43,491 bases of DNA from the NCBI GenBank assembly GCA_019237095.1, contig JAFAHT010000481.1, forward strand, positions 1 through 43,491, given 5' to 3'. The translations under genes were made by a program, and so were the position numbers. The notes beneath the pieces are model-generated. The model was not told the DNA's origin and searched no databases. It was given only the letters and a program-made list of their open reading frames with translations. The stretch's first letter is position 1, and every line of letters starts with the position of its first letter. Shown here piece by piece: positions 18,969 to 27,512 of this stretch. Source of the stretch: Planctomycetaceae bacterium (lineage in GTDB: Bacteria > Planctomycetota > Planctomycetia > Isosphaerales > Isosphaeraceae).

Positions 18969-19047
18969 ACTCTCTCCAAAGGAGAATGTTACTCCGCAGT
19001 TCAGGTACCTTATTCTCGATCACGTCCCAGAGTATATCGGGGTCTGG
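18961..19047 (-). pseudogene. C-terminal scrap of a HepT/DUF86-like (HEPN) toxin
   Basis: Translates as PDPDILWDVIENKVPELRSNIL, matching the DUF86 C-terminal pattern D.DILWDV...K.PEL. Confidence 0.55.
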
Positions 19048-19060
19048 TACTGGGGCCCCA

Positions 19061-19214
19061 GGGGTCACAGTGAATTGCCCTCATAGAGTGGGGGGAATAG
19101 AAAGACACAGACAGATTACCCATTTGGCCAGGAACGCTTTCACAATTCACAATGTCCCCCTCGGCCCCCCAATTCACAATGTCCCCCTTGGCCTCCCTGT
19201 CCCCCTCGGCCTCC
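19061..19214. repeat. REP-like element, family B, reiterated right arm
   Basis: GGGGTCACAGTGAATTG (19061-77) is an imperfect inverted partner of CAATTCACAATGTCCCC (19143 and 19170), with a partial third copy at 19198. Confidence 0.75.
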
Positions 19215-19223
19215 CTCACAACG

Positions 19224-19258
19224 CGTGGGACGTGGGGCGTGAGGCGTGGGGGGTGGGA
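19224..19258 (+). repeat. Heptamer tandem repeat, consensus CGTGGGG x5
   Basis: CGTGGGA CGTGGGG CGTGAGG CGTGGGG GGTGGGA. Confidence 0.8.
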
Positions 19259-19562
19259 AAGAGGCCATCCACGGTTCCTCGGCGCCACAAAGTGGGTGGC
19301 CTCTTCCGCGTCCTTCAGCGCCAGTGGTGGAACCGATTGGACAGAGATTGAACCGATATGGAAGCGTCAGAACAAAGCCAACTGCTCGGGTATTTGTCAT
19401 TGCCAGATTAGAATTTATGACGAAAGAGAGCGGAGTCCCACACGGGCCTTGATGGCTGCCAGAACTCCAGAAATCACTACTTTTCTCTACCACACGCCCG
19501 TTCAGTACCGGTGAAAAGTTGGTTTTGTACAAGCTGGTTCGGGCAGCCAAAGGACGGGGCCG

Positions 19563-19707
19563 ACCCCGCAAGCGGGGTTCCCCCCGCCCGTGCTGGGTTG
19601 TTACGGCCCTTTCAAGTCCTGTCCAGGAGCCGGGGCACGAGACTGAGACGCGGCCTGCGAACACGCCCCGAAGGGGCAGGACAGGTCAGTACAGGGCAAC
19701 GCCCTGT
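19563..19707. repeat. GC-rich hairpin REP-like elements
   Basis: ACCCCGCAAGCGGGGT (19563), GCCCCGAAGGGGC (19665), ACAGGGCAACGCCCTGT (19691); related degenerate hairpins near 32177 and at 39529-39641. Confidence 0.6.
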
Positions 19708-22700
19708 CCGGCTTTGCTTCGCTGTGGGGCTCCGCTGACCCATTAGGGACCGTACGGGCGCGCAGCCGGAGCGAGCAGGAGACGGCAAAGGCCGCGGCTG
19801 CTACCAAGCCGGCGAGAGTGATCGTTCCGCCAACCTGGAACGAGCGTGGCTCATAGCTGTAAACCAAGCAGTGGACGCCAGCCGGAACCGCCGCGCCTCG
19901 CATCACGCGGTTGACCTTGTAGATCGGTGCGGGCTGGCCATCGATCGTCAGTTTCCAGCCGGGATAGTGAATATCCGCGAGGACGACGATTCCCGTGGAC
20001 TCGAGGTTCGCGTCGAGCTCGACGCGCTGGGGACTGGGGTAAGAAACCTTGACAGTCTCGGTGGGGCGAGGAGGCTTTCCGCTCAGAAATGCCCTCAGCT
20101 CAAGCTGCTTATCTTTCTCGATCCAGACCAGTTGCCGGGGATCGAACGCGGTCAGAGTGGAATCGTGCCAGATGTTGTCATTGCTATACAGAATCTCCTG
20201 CATGGGCCCGTTTTGCTGGAGCCTGGTCAATCCCTCAAGATCTGGCAGGGGCCGAGAGTCGTGAACCACCCAGGCACGGGGATAGACCAGGCGGTTGCGG
20301 CGAATCTGGTAATCATGCGATTCGGCCCAGGCCTTGAGCTCGGCTTCCTTGCCGGGGTCCTGGAAAAGCTCGACTGACGGATAGATCAGTTCCGTCTCGT
20401 CGAGGAACGCGGCGTAGCCGCGGTCTTCATCCATCCAGCCGTGGGGATTTACCGGAAGGACGAAGTAGCGGGTGTTCCACATATCGAACGAGCGGCGAGG
20501 GAAGTAAATCACCTTCTGGCCCATCTTGGCCCCCAGTGCCCGCGCGACGGGCTCCCGGATCGTCCTCGGGAACCCGGCAAAAAACCATTCGTAATCGAAC
20601 AGCTCGGCCACGCCCTGGGTGTGCGTGTATTCGATCCCCAGGGTGATCCCGTACTTGGGCTGGATTGTTCCGCGCTCCCAGGTCACGAAGTCACGAGCCG
20701 GGTTCCTGGAGGAATCGGAGTACCACCGTGGAGGGTTCCAGATCGGCATTCTGTGGACGCGGAACGGGCCCGGCGATGGGTTCTGCCGCTCGGCCTCGTT
20801 GATGATCCGGATAACCTCCGGCTCGTCTTCGAACAGCGCCTGGGGCACCGTGATGACGTAGCGGGCATTAGCGACGGCAAGATCGGCCGCGACAACGACC
20901 AGGACCACCAGTCCCGCGAGCACCGGTCTCCTGCCCGCCAGGGGAATCAGGATCAATGCCAGGGCCAGTACCACTGCCCCGTGAGCCAGCGCTCGAACCA
21001 GCTCGTGGTATCCGGCCAGGGGGTCGAGGGGGCCGAAGCCGGATGCGACTTTCTTGGCCGCCATCGCGTTCAAGATTGGCTGCCGCTGCATGAGCACGAT
21101 GGTCAACAGGCTCAGGCTCAGCACCAGGAGGAAGGCGGCAAGGGCCAGCGTGCCTCGGTTCCGCCCGGCCCGCAAGGCATCCCAGCCCATCCCGGCCAGC
21201 GCGGCCAATCCGAAAGTGGTGAACGTGAAGAGTTTGGCCGGGTAACGAAACTGGCGGAAGCCGGGCAGAACCGTGGTCATCCACCAGTAGAGACTTCCAT
21301 CCCCGTCCCGGAGATAGCGATCGAGCCGGATCGGTGTGACCTTGACGATGTCCAGCGGGCCGATGTCGGGAACCGCGATGCCGGTAGTCTGCGCGAGCAG
21401 CCGGGCCGCCCAGATCGGGCTGGTGTACTGGCCCAGGCTGCCCACCAGGCTGACCGTCACGATGACCGAAAGCCAGACCTGGCGGGCCGGCCCGCGCCGG
21501 AACCGGAGCGCTGCGACGGCAAGAATCAGGCCCAGGCAGCCGATGTAGAGCGATGGCACCCAGATCGTCTGACGGATGCCGGGAATCTGTGCCGCGTCGC
21601 CCCAGTACGCATTGCGGCCGAAGCTGATTCCAAAGACGCTGGGCCATACGAGCTCAGCCAGGCGTTGGGGCTCGATGCTAAAGGGGTAGATGTCATGCGG
21701 CCCCTCGCCGGCGGCCCGCGACGTCGCCTGGGTGAACTCGAGGACCGGCAGCAGTTGCGCGGCAGCCAGAGCCGCCGCCAGAGCACCTGATCCGACCAGG
21801 CCCAGGAGCATCCACCCCAGAGGCGACCGCCAGCGCTGCCTCCGCCAGCGCTCCAGCAAGGCCAGGCCCAACACGCCCCAGGCAATCAATACGGCACGCG
21901 GGACGTGAAGCATCCAGGGAAGGGTGGGAGGCGGTTTTCCTTGAGGCCGGAGCTTGGGAAGCCACTCTGCCAGGAAGACTGTACCGGCGACCCAGAGCGC
22001 CAGACCCATGAGGACAGCGGGAATGAGCCACCACGAATAACCCTGGCGGCCCGGTTCCACCGTGCCTTGGTCTTCTTGCCCGTTCACTTTCCGGACGCGG
22101 TACCAGGCCACGCCCACGGCGTATCCGCAGCCGCAAAGGCCCACCAGATAGGCGGACTGGGGATCTCCGCCGAGCGTCTGCATGGCCAGCACGATCGCCA
22201 GGCCCAGCAACGCCGGTCGACTGCCAAGGCGGACCCAGCGGTCGACGGCCAGGAAACCTAGAGGCAGCCAGGCCGCCCCGACCAGGAAGATGACGTTGCA
22301 GTACTGGAACAAAACCGGCGCGCCAAAGGTGTAGGTCAAGGCGGCCAGGCCGGACCCGAGCCAGCTCACCTGCCACGACCGCATGGCCCTGAGCATGGCC
22401 CCGAATGCCAGCGCCACATGGGCGATGATGTAGAGGCGAGCCGCCCAGGCATAGGGAAGCCAAGCGTAGATCAGCTTGCCCGGATAGAGCACCGCCGCGG
22501 TCGGATTGCCCAGCAGCGGGATGCCTGAATTCTCCTCCGGCTCCCAGAGAGGCCACCGGCCCTGCTGCCATTCGGCCTGCACGCGCTGATAGAGCGGATA
22601 ATAAAAGTGCCCCGCATCGCGATAGCCGAACTGGCCGCCGCCCCAGAGGGCAGCGTCGAAGCAGACCAGGAACAAACTGCAAAAGCAGCCGAATACCAGC

Positions 22701-22729
22701 GCAATGATGAGCCGGCGCTGACGGTCCAT
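19601..22729 (-). CDS. YfhO-family membrane protein (putative GT-C glycosyltransferase)
   Basis: YRDAGHFYYP...WPLWEP...G.PL..NP, many TMs, FRQFRYPAK, C-terminal LADIHYPGW...MRGAAVPAG.H...Y.P; GGGGAG RBS. Confidence 0.85.
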   Translation of the reverse strand: MDRQRRLIIALVFGCFCSLFLVCFDAALWGGGQFGYRDAGHFYYPLYQRVQAEWQQGRWPLWEPEENSGIPLLGNPTAAVLYPGKLIYAWLPYAWAARLYIIAHVALAFGAMLRAMRSWQVSWLGSGLAALTYTFGAPVLFQYCNVIFLVGAAWLPLGFLAVDRWVRLGSRPALLGLAIVLAMQTLGGDPQSAYLVGLCGCGYAVGVAWYRVRKVNGQEDQGTVEPGRQGYSWWLIPAVLMGLALWVAGTVFLAEWLPKLRPQGKPPPTLPWMLHVPRAVLIAWGVLGLALLERWRRQRWRSPLGWMLLGLVGSGALAAALAAAQLLPVLEFTQATSRAAGEGPHDIYPFSIEPQRLAELVWPSVFGISFGRNAYWGDAAQIPGIRQTIWVPSLYIGCLGLILAVAALRFRRGPARQVWLSVIVTVSLVGSLGQYTSPIWAARLLAQTTGIAVPDIGPLDIVKVTPIRLDRYLRDGDGSLYWWMTTVLPGFRQFRYPAKLFTFTTFGLAALAGMGWDALRAGRNRGTLALAAFLLVLSLSLLTIVLMQRQPILNAMAAKKVASGFGPLDPLAGYHELVRALAHGAVVLALALILIPLAGRRPVLAGLVVLVVVAADLAVANARYVITVPQALFEDEPEVIRIINEAERQNPSPGPFRVHRMPIWNPPRWYSDSSRNPARDFVTWERGTIQPKYGITLGIEYTHTQGVAELFDYEWFFAGFPRTIREPVARALGAKMGQKVIYFPRRSFDMWNTRYFVLPVNPHGWMDEDRGYAAFLDETELIYPSVELFQDPGKEAELKAWAESHDYQIRRNRLVYPRAWVVHDSRPLPDLEGLTRLQQNGPMQEILYSNDNIWHDSTLTAFDPRQLVWIEKDKQLELRAFLSGKPPRPTETVKVSYPSPQRVELDANLESTGIVVLADIHYPGWKLTIDGQPAPIYKVNRVMRGAAVPAGVHCLVYSYEPRSFQVGGTITLAGLVAAAAFAVSCSLRLRARTVPNGSAEPHSEAKPDRALPCTDLSCPFGACSQAASQSRAPAPGQDLKGP

Positions 22730-22828
22730 GAATCTCCCCGGTCGCTGCACGATCGATCGAACCGCGGAATCGTCGGCCCGGCCCGGTGATTCAATCGGTC
22801 ATGGAGATCCGGATCAGCGGACCTCGGT

Positions 22829-24127
22829 CTAATGGACTGTTCCGGCCATGTTCTTGGATGGCGGTGTCAAGGCCGCACGCGGATCGGGGGCGTTGCCGTC
22901 GGGGCCGGGGGGCAGCGTGGGGAGCAATTCCTCCAGGCTCTTGTGCTCGCCCGTCAGTGCCTTCATGAAGGCGACCAGGTCGGCCGACTCTTGCGATGTC
23001 AGCTTGAGCGGCTTGATGTCCGGATCGAGCGACGGGTTGGGGTTGCCTCCCTTATCATAATGCTCGACGACTTCCTCCAGGGTTTTCAAGCTACCGTCGT
23101 GCATGTAGGGAGCAGTCAGTTCGACATCGCGCACGGTCGGGGTCTTGAAGCATCCCAGGTCGGCGTCGGTCTTGGCGCCGATCGGCACCGGGGCCCACCG
23201 GCCGATGTCCTTATGTTTCTTGGCGGATGGGTCCCAGCCGATCCCCAGGTTGTGGAACTGCTCGTCGGTGAAGTTCGCCCCCACGTGGCAGACCGTGCAC
23301 TTGCCTTTCTGAAGCTCGACCCCGGGCTTGAACTCGTCGTCGCTGTTCAGCCGCAGTCCAAAGAGGACCATGCCGCGCTTCTCGCTTTCCGAGAGGGCAT
23401 TGTTGTCTCCTCTGTTGTACTTGTCGTACTTGGAGTTACCCGAAAGTGCCGCAACCCGCTCGAAGGTGGCGATTGCTTTGGCCAAGCCATCGAGGGTCAC
23501 ATCGGTGCCGAAGACCTTCTCGAACTGCTGCTTGTACCCGGCAATCTGCCGCAGTCGATCGACGATTTGCTGGTGCTTCCCCCCGCCCATTTCGATCGGG
23601 TTGATCATCGGCCCCTGCGCCTGGCCCTCAAGCGAAGATGCCCGGCCATCCCAGAACATGGTCTTGCCGTAGGCGGTGTTGATGACCGTGGGTGCGCTGC
23701 GGTTGCCCGTCTGGCCCTTGATTCCGGCCGAAACCGGGCCACCGTCAGACCAGCCCTTGGCCGGATTGTGGCAGGTTGCACAGCTCACCGTCCCGTCGCC
23801 CGAGATCCGCGGGTCGAAATAAAGCTGGCGGCCCAGCTCATATTTCCCCTTGGTGATCGGATTACAGGCCGGAACAACGACCTTCGGCGTCAACGGTTGC
23901 AGACCGGTAGGGACCTTGACCTGAAGCGGTTCGTCCGAGATCAGCTCGGGCTTGGGAACCTGCCAAAGATAATAGGCAGGGCTCGTCGGATCTTCCTCGG
24001 GCGGCTTGTGCGGTTCCTCTTGAGCCGCTGGTACCGACTTCACCAACCTGCCGGCCCAGCCGCTCAGACCGCCGAGCAGCAGCAGACCGGGCACAAGATA
24101 CGCTAGCGATCTCTTCAAACGTCGCAT
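22829..24127 (-). CDS. Di-heme cytochrome c peroxidase (bCCP/MauG family)
   Basis: Signal peptide; CATCH and CTVCH heme sites; MFWDGRA; FKTPTVR...TAPYMHDG. Confidence 0.93.
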   Translation of the reverse strand: MRRLKRSLAYLVPGLLLLGGLSGWAGRLVKSVPAAQEEPHKPPEEDPTSPAYYLWQVPKPELISDEPLQVKVPTGLQPLTPKVVVPACNPITKGKYELGRQLYFDPRISGDGTVSCATCHNPAKGWSDGGPVSAGIKGQTGNRSAPTVINTAYGKTMFWDGRASSLEGQAQGPMINPIEMGGGKHQQIVDRLRQIAGYKQQFEKVFGTDVTLDGLAKAIATFERVAALSGNSKYDKYNRGDNNALSESEKRGMVLFGLRLNSDDEFKPGVELQKGKCTVCHVGANFTDEQFHNLGIGWDPSAKKHKDIGRWAPVPIGAKTDADLGCFKTPTVRDVELTAPYMHDGSLKTLEEVVEHYDKGGNPNPSLDPDIKPLKLTSQESADLVAFMKALTGEHKSLEELLPTLPPGPDGNAPDPRAALTPPSKNMAGTVH

Positions 24128-24293
24128 CGATCGTCTCCGCTCCAAAAGTTTGCCGGGGTGGTCCGCCGGAACATTTCAGCGCGCACCAAGAACCAGGTGC
24201 TCACCGGCACGAAATCGACTCCTGCACATGGTTCAACGTCTGCCCGGCCGTTGCCGGAGGGAGAAAAGCCGTGAGCTTTCCCGCGTAACTCGG

Positions 24294-24665
24294 TCACTTC
24301 TTCTTGGCCAGCAAGCCTTCCGCATTGCGTTGCGCGGCATCGACCAGGTCGTCCCACTTCTCCTCGACATATTGAGGAGGGCCGCCCTTGACCGCCACAT
24401 GATAGGCCACGTCGATCGTGTCCACCATGTCGATGGCATCCCACGGGCAAACCTGGGCGCAGTGTTTGCAGCCAATGCAACGGTCGAGGTCAATGTCGCA
24501 GAAGGCTTGCAAACCTGGATATTCACCAGGGCTCACCTTGTAGATGCAGTCCACCGGGCAAACTTCAATACAGGCCTCGCAGCCGGTGCAACCGTCCGCG
24601 TGGATGACAGCCAGGATCTTGGGTATAACCTTGCGCGGTTTGCCGGCCAGGGACGCTGCAGCCAT
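24294..24665 (-). CDS. 2x[4Fe-4S] ferredoxin-like protein
   Basis: CTGCEACIEVCP and CIGCKHCAQVCP; GGAG RBS before ATG 24665. Confidence 0.9.
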   Translation of the reverse strand: MAAASLAGKPRKVIPKILAVIHADGCTGCEACIEVCPVDCIYKVSPGEYPGLQAFCDIDLDRCIGCKHCAQVCPWDAIDMVDTIDVAYHVAVKGGPPQYVEEKWDDLVDAAQRNAEGLLAKKK

Positions 24666-24826
24666 GTGTCTTGGATCTCCAGAGAAATAAGCAGTCGGTA
24701 ACCCGCGTCGAGCTTGACCGCCAACACAGCGCGATCGCGCTTGAGCCGCGACTATTTGCAATCCTGACCCATTGTAGCTGACCAGGAACCTCGACGCGAT
24801 GCTGCAGATCGGCTGGCGTATTCTAT

Positions 24827-24863
24827 CGATAATCATTATCGTTAGGCTAGGGGCCAGGGTCAA
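24827..24863 (-). promoter_or_regulatory. Sigma70 promoter overlapped by a Fur/PerR-like 7-1-7 box
   Basis: TTGACC-17 bp-GATAAT; palindrome CGATAAT-C-ATTATCG (24827-24841) covers the -10. Confidence 0.7.
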
Positions 24864-25222
24864 GAAGAACTGCGGATTCGTTCGCTTGGCTCTCATCGAG
24901 CTTGCGGGTCGCGGAAAGGGCTCTTCTGCGGTGCCGATTCCACGATGCGACCGGTCAAACGTTTCAGCCGGACATGGGCCACCTGGACCGGTCGGGCTGG
25001 CGTCCGCTGCGCATCGAATTACGACCTCATTCCGCCACGTCGCACTGGGGCGGAGCCGGCGACGGCACTCCACATCTTCCGCTGACTTGGAAGACCTTGC
25101 TTCTCATCGACTCAGCGCGCCGGGGCCGATCGAGGCCCCAGTCGATTCTCGTAGCCTCGCCATTCTACGTGCTGGATCGATGAAGCCGTTTGCCGACCGA
25201 CCGGTTGGCTCGTTGCGACGAC

Positions 25223-25744
25223 TCAGCCGGTCGCGGTACTGGGGGGTAGGATGGCAAACTCCCCGGCTCGATGCCGCTTCGCCTGCTCGACGTAGTGCCG
25301 CCAGATCCGGTCGATCCGCGCCCGGGCTTTCTCATCGACCTGGCGAACCACTTTGGCCGGCGATCCGACCACGAGCGACCCGGGGGGGACTTCCATCCCT
25401 TCGAGCAAGAGAGCGCCCGCTCCCACCACCGACCCGGTGCCGACCTTGACCCGGTTGAGCAGGATCGCGCCCATGCCGATCAAACATTCATCCTCGACGA
25501 CACAGCCGTGCAGGATGACGCGGTGGCCAACGGTGACGCGATGGCCGACCAGGCAGGGGATGCCCGGGTCGGCGTGCACCATCGTGAAATCCTGCACGTT
25601 CGTCCCTTCGCCGATGCGTATCCGCTCGGTATCTCCCCGGATGACCGTGTAATACCAGGCGCTGGAGTCGGCTCCAATCTGGACGTCTCCCAGAACAATG
25701 GCGCCGGGTGCGATGAAGGCGGCTGGATCGATCAACGGAGGCAA
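25223..25744 (-). CDS. Gamma carbonic anhydrase family (YrdA/CaiE-like) hexapeptide-repeat protein
   Basis: IRGD, NVQD...VH, VTVGH...LHGC, LIGMGA; TTG start after GAGGA RBS is inferred. Confidence 0.9.
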   Translation of the reverse strand: MPPLIDPAAFIAPGAIVLGDVQIGADSSAWYYTVIRGDTERIRIGEGTNVQDFTMVHADPGIPCLVGHRVTVGHRVILHGCVVEDECLIGMGAILLNRVKVGTGSVVGAGALLLEGMEVPPGSLVVGSPAKVVRQVDEKARARIDRIWRHYVEQAKRHRAGEFAILPPSTATG

Positions 25745-25861
25745 GGCTTGTGTTCCTCGGGAGTGTTCCGGGCGCGCGTCAAGTAGGACCTCGGTCGTAT
25801 TGTACCAGAGACCCATCAGGTCAACGATGCTGCGCTTGGCCCACTCAAAGACCTCTCCGGC

Positions 25862-26170
25862 TTGAGCGCGCTGACGATCATGCGCCCCCAGGTCACTGAC
25901 GCCGCGCTCGAGAACCTGAAGAGCTTGAACGGACTCACCATGTTGTTCCTGACCAGCTCGAAGGTCAGCGACAAGGGCTTGGTTCAACTCAAGGGCCTCA
26001 AGAACCTCCAGGTTCTGGCACTCAGCCGCACCGAGGTGACCGACGCGGGACTCGATGCCCTCAAGGACATCAAAAGCCTCAAGTCGATCTACCTCATCGG
26101 CACCAAGGTTACCCCGCAGGCCATCGACAAGCTGAAGCAGGCAATTCCGGGCGTGGCTGTTTATAAGTAG
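25862..26170 (+). CDS. Leucine-rich repeat protein, possibly 5'-truncated
   Basis: 24-aa repeats of the type VTDAGLxxLKxLKxLxxLxL; the repeat pattern continues upstream of the first start codon to ~25810. Confidence 0.7.
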   Translation: MSALTIMRPQVTDAALENLKSLNGLTMLFLTSSKVSDKGLVQLKGLKNLQVLALSRTEVTDAGLDALKDIKSLKSIYLIGTKVTPQAIDKLKQAIPGVAVYK

Positions 26171-26232
26171 TTGCCGGTCAAGACGAACATGCGGCCTCTT
26201 GCGTTGCATTCACCGCCATCATCATCAACCAC

Positions 26233-26451
26233 TCACACGTGCGGCGGAGTCACGGGCTTCTGTCTCGTTGTTCCGAACAGCCCCCAAAGACAGATGAGCA
26301 CTCCAGCCAGGCCGATCGGGATGCCCAGGGGAAGCCCGACCATCGGCACGCTCAGTAAGAGCCCGATCATGATCAGAATCAGGCCCACGATCACAGCCAG
26401 CAGATGGCTCGCGATCTTGCTTCCAGTTTTCGTCAGTTGATGATTGTTCAT
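26233..26451 (-). CDS. Small two-TM membrane protein
   Basis: 72 aa, two hydrophobic helices, GGAAGGA RBS. Confidence 0.7.
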   Translation of the reverse strand: MNNHQLTKTGSKIASHLLAVIVGLILIMIGLLLSVPMVGLPLGIPIGLAGVLICLWGLFGTTRQKPVTPPHV

Positions 26452-26805
26452 TGAAGCGTCCTTCCAAAGCTGACTATTTGAGAACGCCTGATGGCCTCGC
26501 CTCGGCCCGTGGTACCTTGTCTTGCGGACATACCCACGGCGCATGAAAAGAGCCCCGTCCATGCCAGCCACCGATGGATCCGAGCCGGTCTCGATCTTGG
26601 CTCGTGATCATGGAGGGTTGTACGGGGGCCACCCTCACCGTCGTCGTTCCGCCCACCTTGAGCGGATTGACTTCCTTGAGCATGGAGCGCGCGGCAGCGC
26701 AAGTCAAGTTCGAATTTCAAAGTTTATTGAAGCAAGGAAGACTAATCAAGACTGGTGCTGGGCCAAGTCGACTCTTCCGGTGATCCACCTTTCCATGGCG
26801 ATCCA

Positions 26806-27411
26806 TCAGGCCATGGTGGCCGTGCGGGCCCCAGGCAGGCTCTTGAGTCGTAAGGCCAGCATAATCCATGTCCAGCCACTGAAGAGCATGTCGATTCCCA
26901 CGAACAGGCCGATGACCCAGAAGCCAGAGAACGGCCACTGCAGCCAGATCATGACGCCCAGAGCCAGGTTGAGGACGCCGCCCAAGAAGATCCAGCCCCA
27001 TTGCGGAAACCGGTGCATCAGCGATCCGGCGATCCGGAATACACCGCTGACCATGAGGGTACAGGCCAAGAGCAGGGTCAAGGCCTCGGCAGCCTGGATG
27101 GGTTGCCTGACAAACAAGAGTCCCAGTACGATGTAGAGCACACCCATCAAAAGCATCAGGAAAAAGCCGCTCCAGTCGCGCGTCCAGAAAGCACCCACGA
27201 GCTGGGCAACACCCCCCAATAGCAGTAAAACACCGATGGTGAGCGCTGTGGCCAGTGTGGTCAGAAGGGGCATTCCGATGGCGATGGTTCCCACTACGAC
27301 CAGGACAATGCCCAGCGCCAGAAGCCAGGCCCATTGGCCCCGGATGGCCACCAGTTCATGACGTAGCACGCGTCGAATCTCGCCCAAATCGATATCCGAA
27401 CTCATTGTCAT
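26806..27411 (-). CDS. HdeD/DUF308 family membrane protein
   Basis: W.WLLALGIVLVVVG...six TMs...WP.SG.WVIGLFVGIDMLFSGW. Confidence 0.88.
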   Translation of the reverse strand: MTMSSDIDLGEIRRVLRHELVAIRGQWAWLLALGIVLVVVGTIAIGMPLLTTLATALTIGVLLLLGGVAQLVGAFWTRDWSGFFLMLLMGVLYIVLGLLFVRQPIQAAEALTLLLACTLMVSGVFRIAGSLMHRFPQWGWIFLGGVLNLALGVMIWLQWPFSGFWVIGLFVGIDMLFSGWTWIMLALRLKSLPGARTATMA

Positions 27412-27512
27412 TGTCCCTCTGTTGGTGACTGTGCAAGCCCGCAAGCCCAGGGATACAAGACCATGAAGCGCGCTCCCGGCAGTAATCTCGACAGCTATCT
27501 GAACAGCTCGAA

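Noticed and set aside
19611-19623. TTCAAGTCCTGTC 13-bp match to the tRNA-Leu T-arm as a distant att site
   Set aside because: Too short, does not reach the tRNA 3' end, and the enclosed region includes core-looking genes; chance is plausible
20441-24106. Long antisense ORFs (449 aa and 424 aa here; similar ones at 6827, 9207, 15241, 34935, 38348)
   Set aside because: Shadow frames of GC-rich genes with no motifs
24666-25073. N-terminal extension of the ferredoxin ORF
   Set aside because: Spans the promoter/operator; the RBS supports ATG 24665
25745-26209. N-terminal extension of gamma-CA (apparent fusion)
   Set aside because: It is the antisense of the LRR gene
26474-26707. MITSQDRDRL segment as an Rnk/GreA-like remnant
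   Set aside because: Similarity limited to about 10 residues
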